A DNA stretch of 63,839 nt, counting the filler, from Myxococcota bacterium (lineage in GTDB: Bacteria > Myxococcota > Myxococcia > Myxococcales > Myxococcaceae): assembly GCA_049322255.1 (NCBI GenBank). It is 9 parts of 9 records of this genome, joined end to end, with 100 filler letters (N's around TTAATTAATTAA, not from the genome) between each part and the next. Parts side by side here need not be neighbours in the genome. Positions count along the whole stretch, not along the records: positions 57,860 to 63,839 come from JBMORE010000177.1; 8 more parts are not named here. One strand, given 5' to 3'. A program made the translations under genes and the position numbers. Positions within the stretch are counted from its first letter, which is position 1; every line of letters begins with the position of its first letter. A model generated the notes under the pieces. The model was not told the DNA's origin, did not search any database, and worked only from the letters and a program-made list of their open reading frames with translations. Positions 62,501 to 63,839 of this stretch are shown here, in pieces.

Positions 62501-63646
62501 GTCAGGCTCCTCCACCCCGATGTCGGGAGGCAATGCCCGAATCCCGTTGACTGGCGCCAGGAAGCTCGCCAGCCCAGGCGGGGGAATGTCGACGAACCGC
62601 TTGAACCGGCTCACGCCCATCGAGGACAGGACGTCGTTCGCGTCGTTGGCCAAACTGTCCTGCACGCCCTTGTGGAACGGGAAGTCGCTGGCGAGCACCT
62701 CCACGTTGCTGGTGAGAGAGCCCGCGGCCGAGGTGACGTCCAAGTCGAGATCGCCGCCAAGGGTGCCGGGGTTGAGCTGATTTCGGGTGCGGTTGTCGAC
62801 CCCGGCGTGAAAATGGCACGAGGCACACGCCTGAACGCCGTCGCTTCCAACCTGCATGTCCCAGAACAGCGCCTTGCCGAGGACCTCCGCCCCGGCTCTG
62901 CCGATATAGGGCTGGAGCGCGAGGGGAACTGCGGTGAGGTCGGTGGGGTCGCGGAAGAAGTCCTCCTCGTTGACAGGGATGTCGAGCCCTTCGACGTCCA
63001 CGGTGTCAGTGGTGCTTTCGCCATCGAGCTCCTGCAGCACGCCGTTCACGACGGCGGCCACCGCGACCACCGTTCCGTCGGGGGGGATGGCGTCACTTCC
63101 GCTGTCGTTGTAGACGACGAGGCTGCCCTCGGGCTGGTCGTCGCAGAAGTCAGCCGGCAGCGTTGCCGCCTGGTAGGGAGGGTCGTTAGGGCAGGCCACC
63201 AGGTGCCCGAGGACGGTACGGAGCTGGGTCGGCGTGTTGAATGCATCGGTGGCGACCACCTCCTCCGGATCGAACAGAGGGCCCGGCTGATCCCAGCTGA
63301 CCTCCCCGTCTGAAGCTCGCAAGCGCAGCGGTTGGCCGGTCAGGAAGTTGTAGTCGAGCGGGTAGACCTTGAGGGGCGGCATGGCGACGCCGAACCCTGG
63401 GCGGCGTACGATGGTGCCGTCGTCGGCGGTGCCAGGCACCCCGTCAGGTCCGTAGGGATTCTTGAGGAGCTGGTACAGCTCTTTCCACAGCGGCGCCTGC
63501 TTCAGAGAACCTGCCGGGCTGAGCTCAATCTCTACTTCCAGCGGCAGCTCCATCGGCACGATCGGCGTCGTACGTTGGCAAGCGCCCTGGACGAGCGCGA
63601 AGATCAACCCCCACGCACCTACCCTCCCCCCTGCTTCTCTTGTCAT
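59543..63646 (-). CDS. Very large di-haem cytochrome c peroxidase/MauG-superfamily lipoprotein (~1367 aa)
   Basis: GAGGA SD; Cys after the signal; LGKALFWD, CASCH, RNTPT, FWDGRA, CMLCH, FKAPPLRNVELTGPFFHTG, LVKFLLALTD. Confidence 0.88.
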   Translation of the reverse strand: MTREAGGRVGAWGLIFALVQGACQRTTPIVPMELPLEVEIELSPAGSLKQAPLWKELYQLLKNPYGPDGVPGTADDGTIVRRPGFGVAMPPLKVYPLDYNFLTGQPLRLRASDGEVSWDQPGPLFDPEEVVATDAFNTPTQLRTVLGHLVACPNDPPYQAATLPADFCDDQPEGSLVVYNDSGSDAIPPDGTVVAVAAVVNGVLQELDGESTTDTVDVEGLDIPVNEEDFFRDPTDLTAVPLALQPYIGRAGAEVLGKALFWDMQVGSDGVQACASCHFHAGVDNRTRNQLNPGTLGGDLDLDVTSAAGSLTSNVEVLASDFPFHKGVQDSLANDANDVLSSMGVSRFKRFVDIPPPGLASFLAPVNGIRALPPDIGVEEPDPVPVMQGVRRVEPRNTPTFHGAAFNFDNFWDGRARFAFNGGSVFGPADPTPHIFINPGLSIFGTGEFTGATMGHLRPDLLDEDEEEFDPALAEQPVRIKFASLASQSVGPPLSNFEMSFDGRNWPKIGKKLLQGDQGFIQSQGNGAPQQPGTNRANAVVPLANQLVATDDSRLGPFSNQGGSVCQVLDRPTALGRPGLCISYPDLIRLSFKREYWNRRNRRLVGTPAPCDPDAPALNGEVSPAGCDPFDGYVLTVATGPASPSNTNEFTQMEANFSLFFALAVQAYESLTIPDHTPADQFFDANPNAGHGVGEPGDQAVLFPTLIPDLLDDGELNGTKSGKVTLIPDDPTTPFYDGFGPDELFGFDIFAGANLTAGLAPADAVDPRSGVNRNPEITNSLGQTIRVGSNPFTRSAKCMLCHLGAEQTDHSINISHGVLKNDAEFEYPTPPVLPDPTTPATFADGLLPTPEPSGTSKVVPGLILEEEVGEGVAQDAVEVEPRDFAVFDDPATPWDDRIIAQESNFAFGDQGVYNIGLRPFADDLGRGGLDPFGWPLSLATLTLKNIGGADFEPCDDSLASCLMPNFDPFDLGESFEETGGGVAFPGSAHDLQSINPGFERDPIHPELPEYMTSWVHSLPAGELHPQIDEIAGMVPNTITPPNGGPGIEFPEILFGADFHCARYDPAVFGNGPPNFGWGPPTSDDRLCPQHQSGVAGNFATPAQGTWPVPNRVMRNGAFKAPPLRNVELTGPFFHTGSYLTLRQVVDFYARGGDFPVTNRESRDPHVVNLDFQAFSFGPTRGGNLLNPFDCSTAAPNDPAYPLVPGVGTNRCGSFSYLVGSFADGLPDTAFLYDAMPDTDHSITPEYATTEDAKNALVKFLLALTDPRVKLERAPFDHPQIFIPIDGAAPDNTGGPTQLVAQSGVPCPVPGPNPGPVCFRQIAAVGASGRPACGGPITADCGPLPNFLGISSEPQPGPNNDHFDPNPP

Positions 63647-63796
63647 GTGTTTTCCTCGTCTGGCATTCCGCTGACGCGGCCGTTCGGGTTGCAAGGCGTC
63701 GCCGGATATGTGCACGAGGTTGATGCTGGGCAAGTCACCGAGGCGGGAGCTGCTTGCCCATTGGAACGAGGCGCGCCGCCGTCTGTGGAAACGAAG

Positions 63797-63839
63797 TGGG
63801 CCCTCCAGGATTCGAACCTGGGACCAATCGGTTATGAGC
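63797..63839 (-). tRNA. tRNA with CAT anticodon, probably tRNA-Ile2 (5' part outside the window)
   Basis: GCTCATAACC anticodon loop, CCAGG-TTCGAAT-CCTGG T arm, AGGGCCC-A acceptor; resembles Ile2 rather than initiator Met. Confidence 0.85.

Overview
High-GC bacterial DNA whose gene content (carF, Ser/Thr kinase-PEGA cluster, Cys-rich lipoproteins, ECF/anti-sigma pair) points to a myxobacterium (inference). The window is not one locus. It holds nine contigs of about 6-7.4 kb joined by 100-nt N linkers containing TTAATTAATTAA, and the complete internal contigs fall in size (7345, 7201, 7167, 7072, 7017, 6959, 6875 nt), so adjacency across linkers is meaningless. Housekeeping genes: fdhD plus an FdhF/YdeP oxidoreductase, carF, murI, gpsA, cyoE/ctaB, ileS, proB, hflX, a two-component pair, a cobalamin riboswitch-led B12 uptake operon, tRNA-Arg(CCG) and a partial CAT-anticodon tRNA. 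Best leads: (1) a 63-aa bacterial histone-fold protein at 13436-13627, hidden inside a longer track ORF; (2) a coupled operon of nucleotidyltransferase-fold protein, TIGR04222-type membrane protein with a 6-Cys Gly/Ser tail, DUF692/MNIO enzyme and partner, a candidate protein-tail modification system; (3) a ~240-nt nested-stem RNA candidate between carF and murI; (4) a tRNA-anchored 5.8-kb islet with a degenerate att-like repeat, carrying a ~1370-aa di-haem peroxidase-family lipoprotein and a PPIase; (5) a REP-like palindrome that supplies stop, SD and start signals at operon junctions; (6) a decayed RHS toxin/immunity array. All family assignments come from motif recognition by eye; no searches were run.
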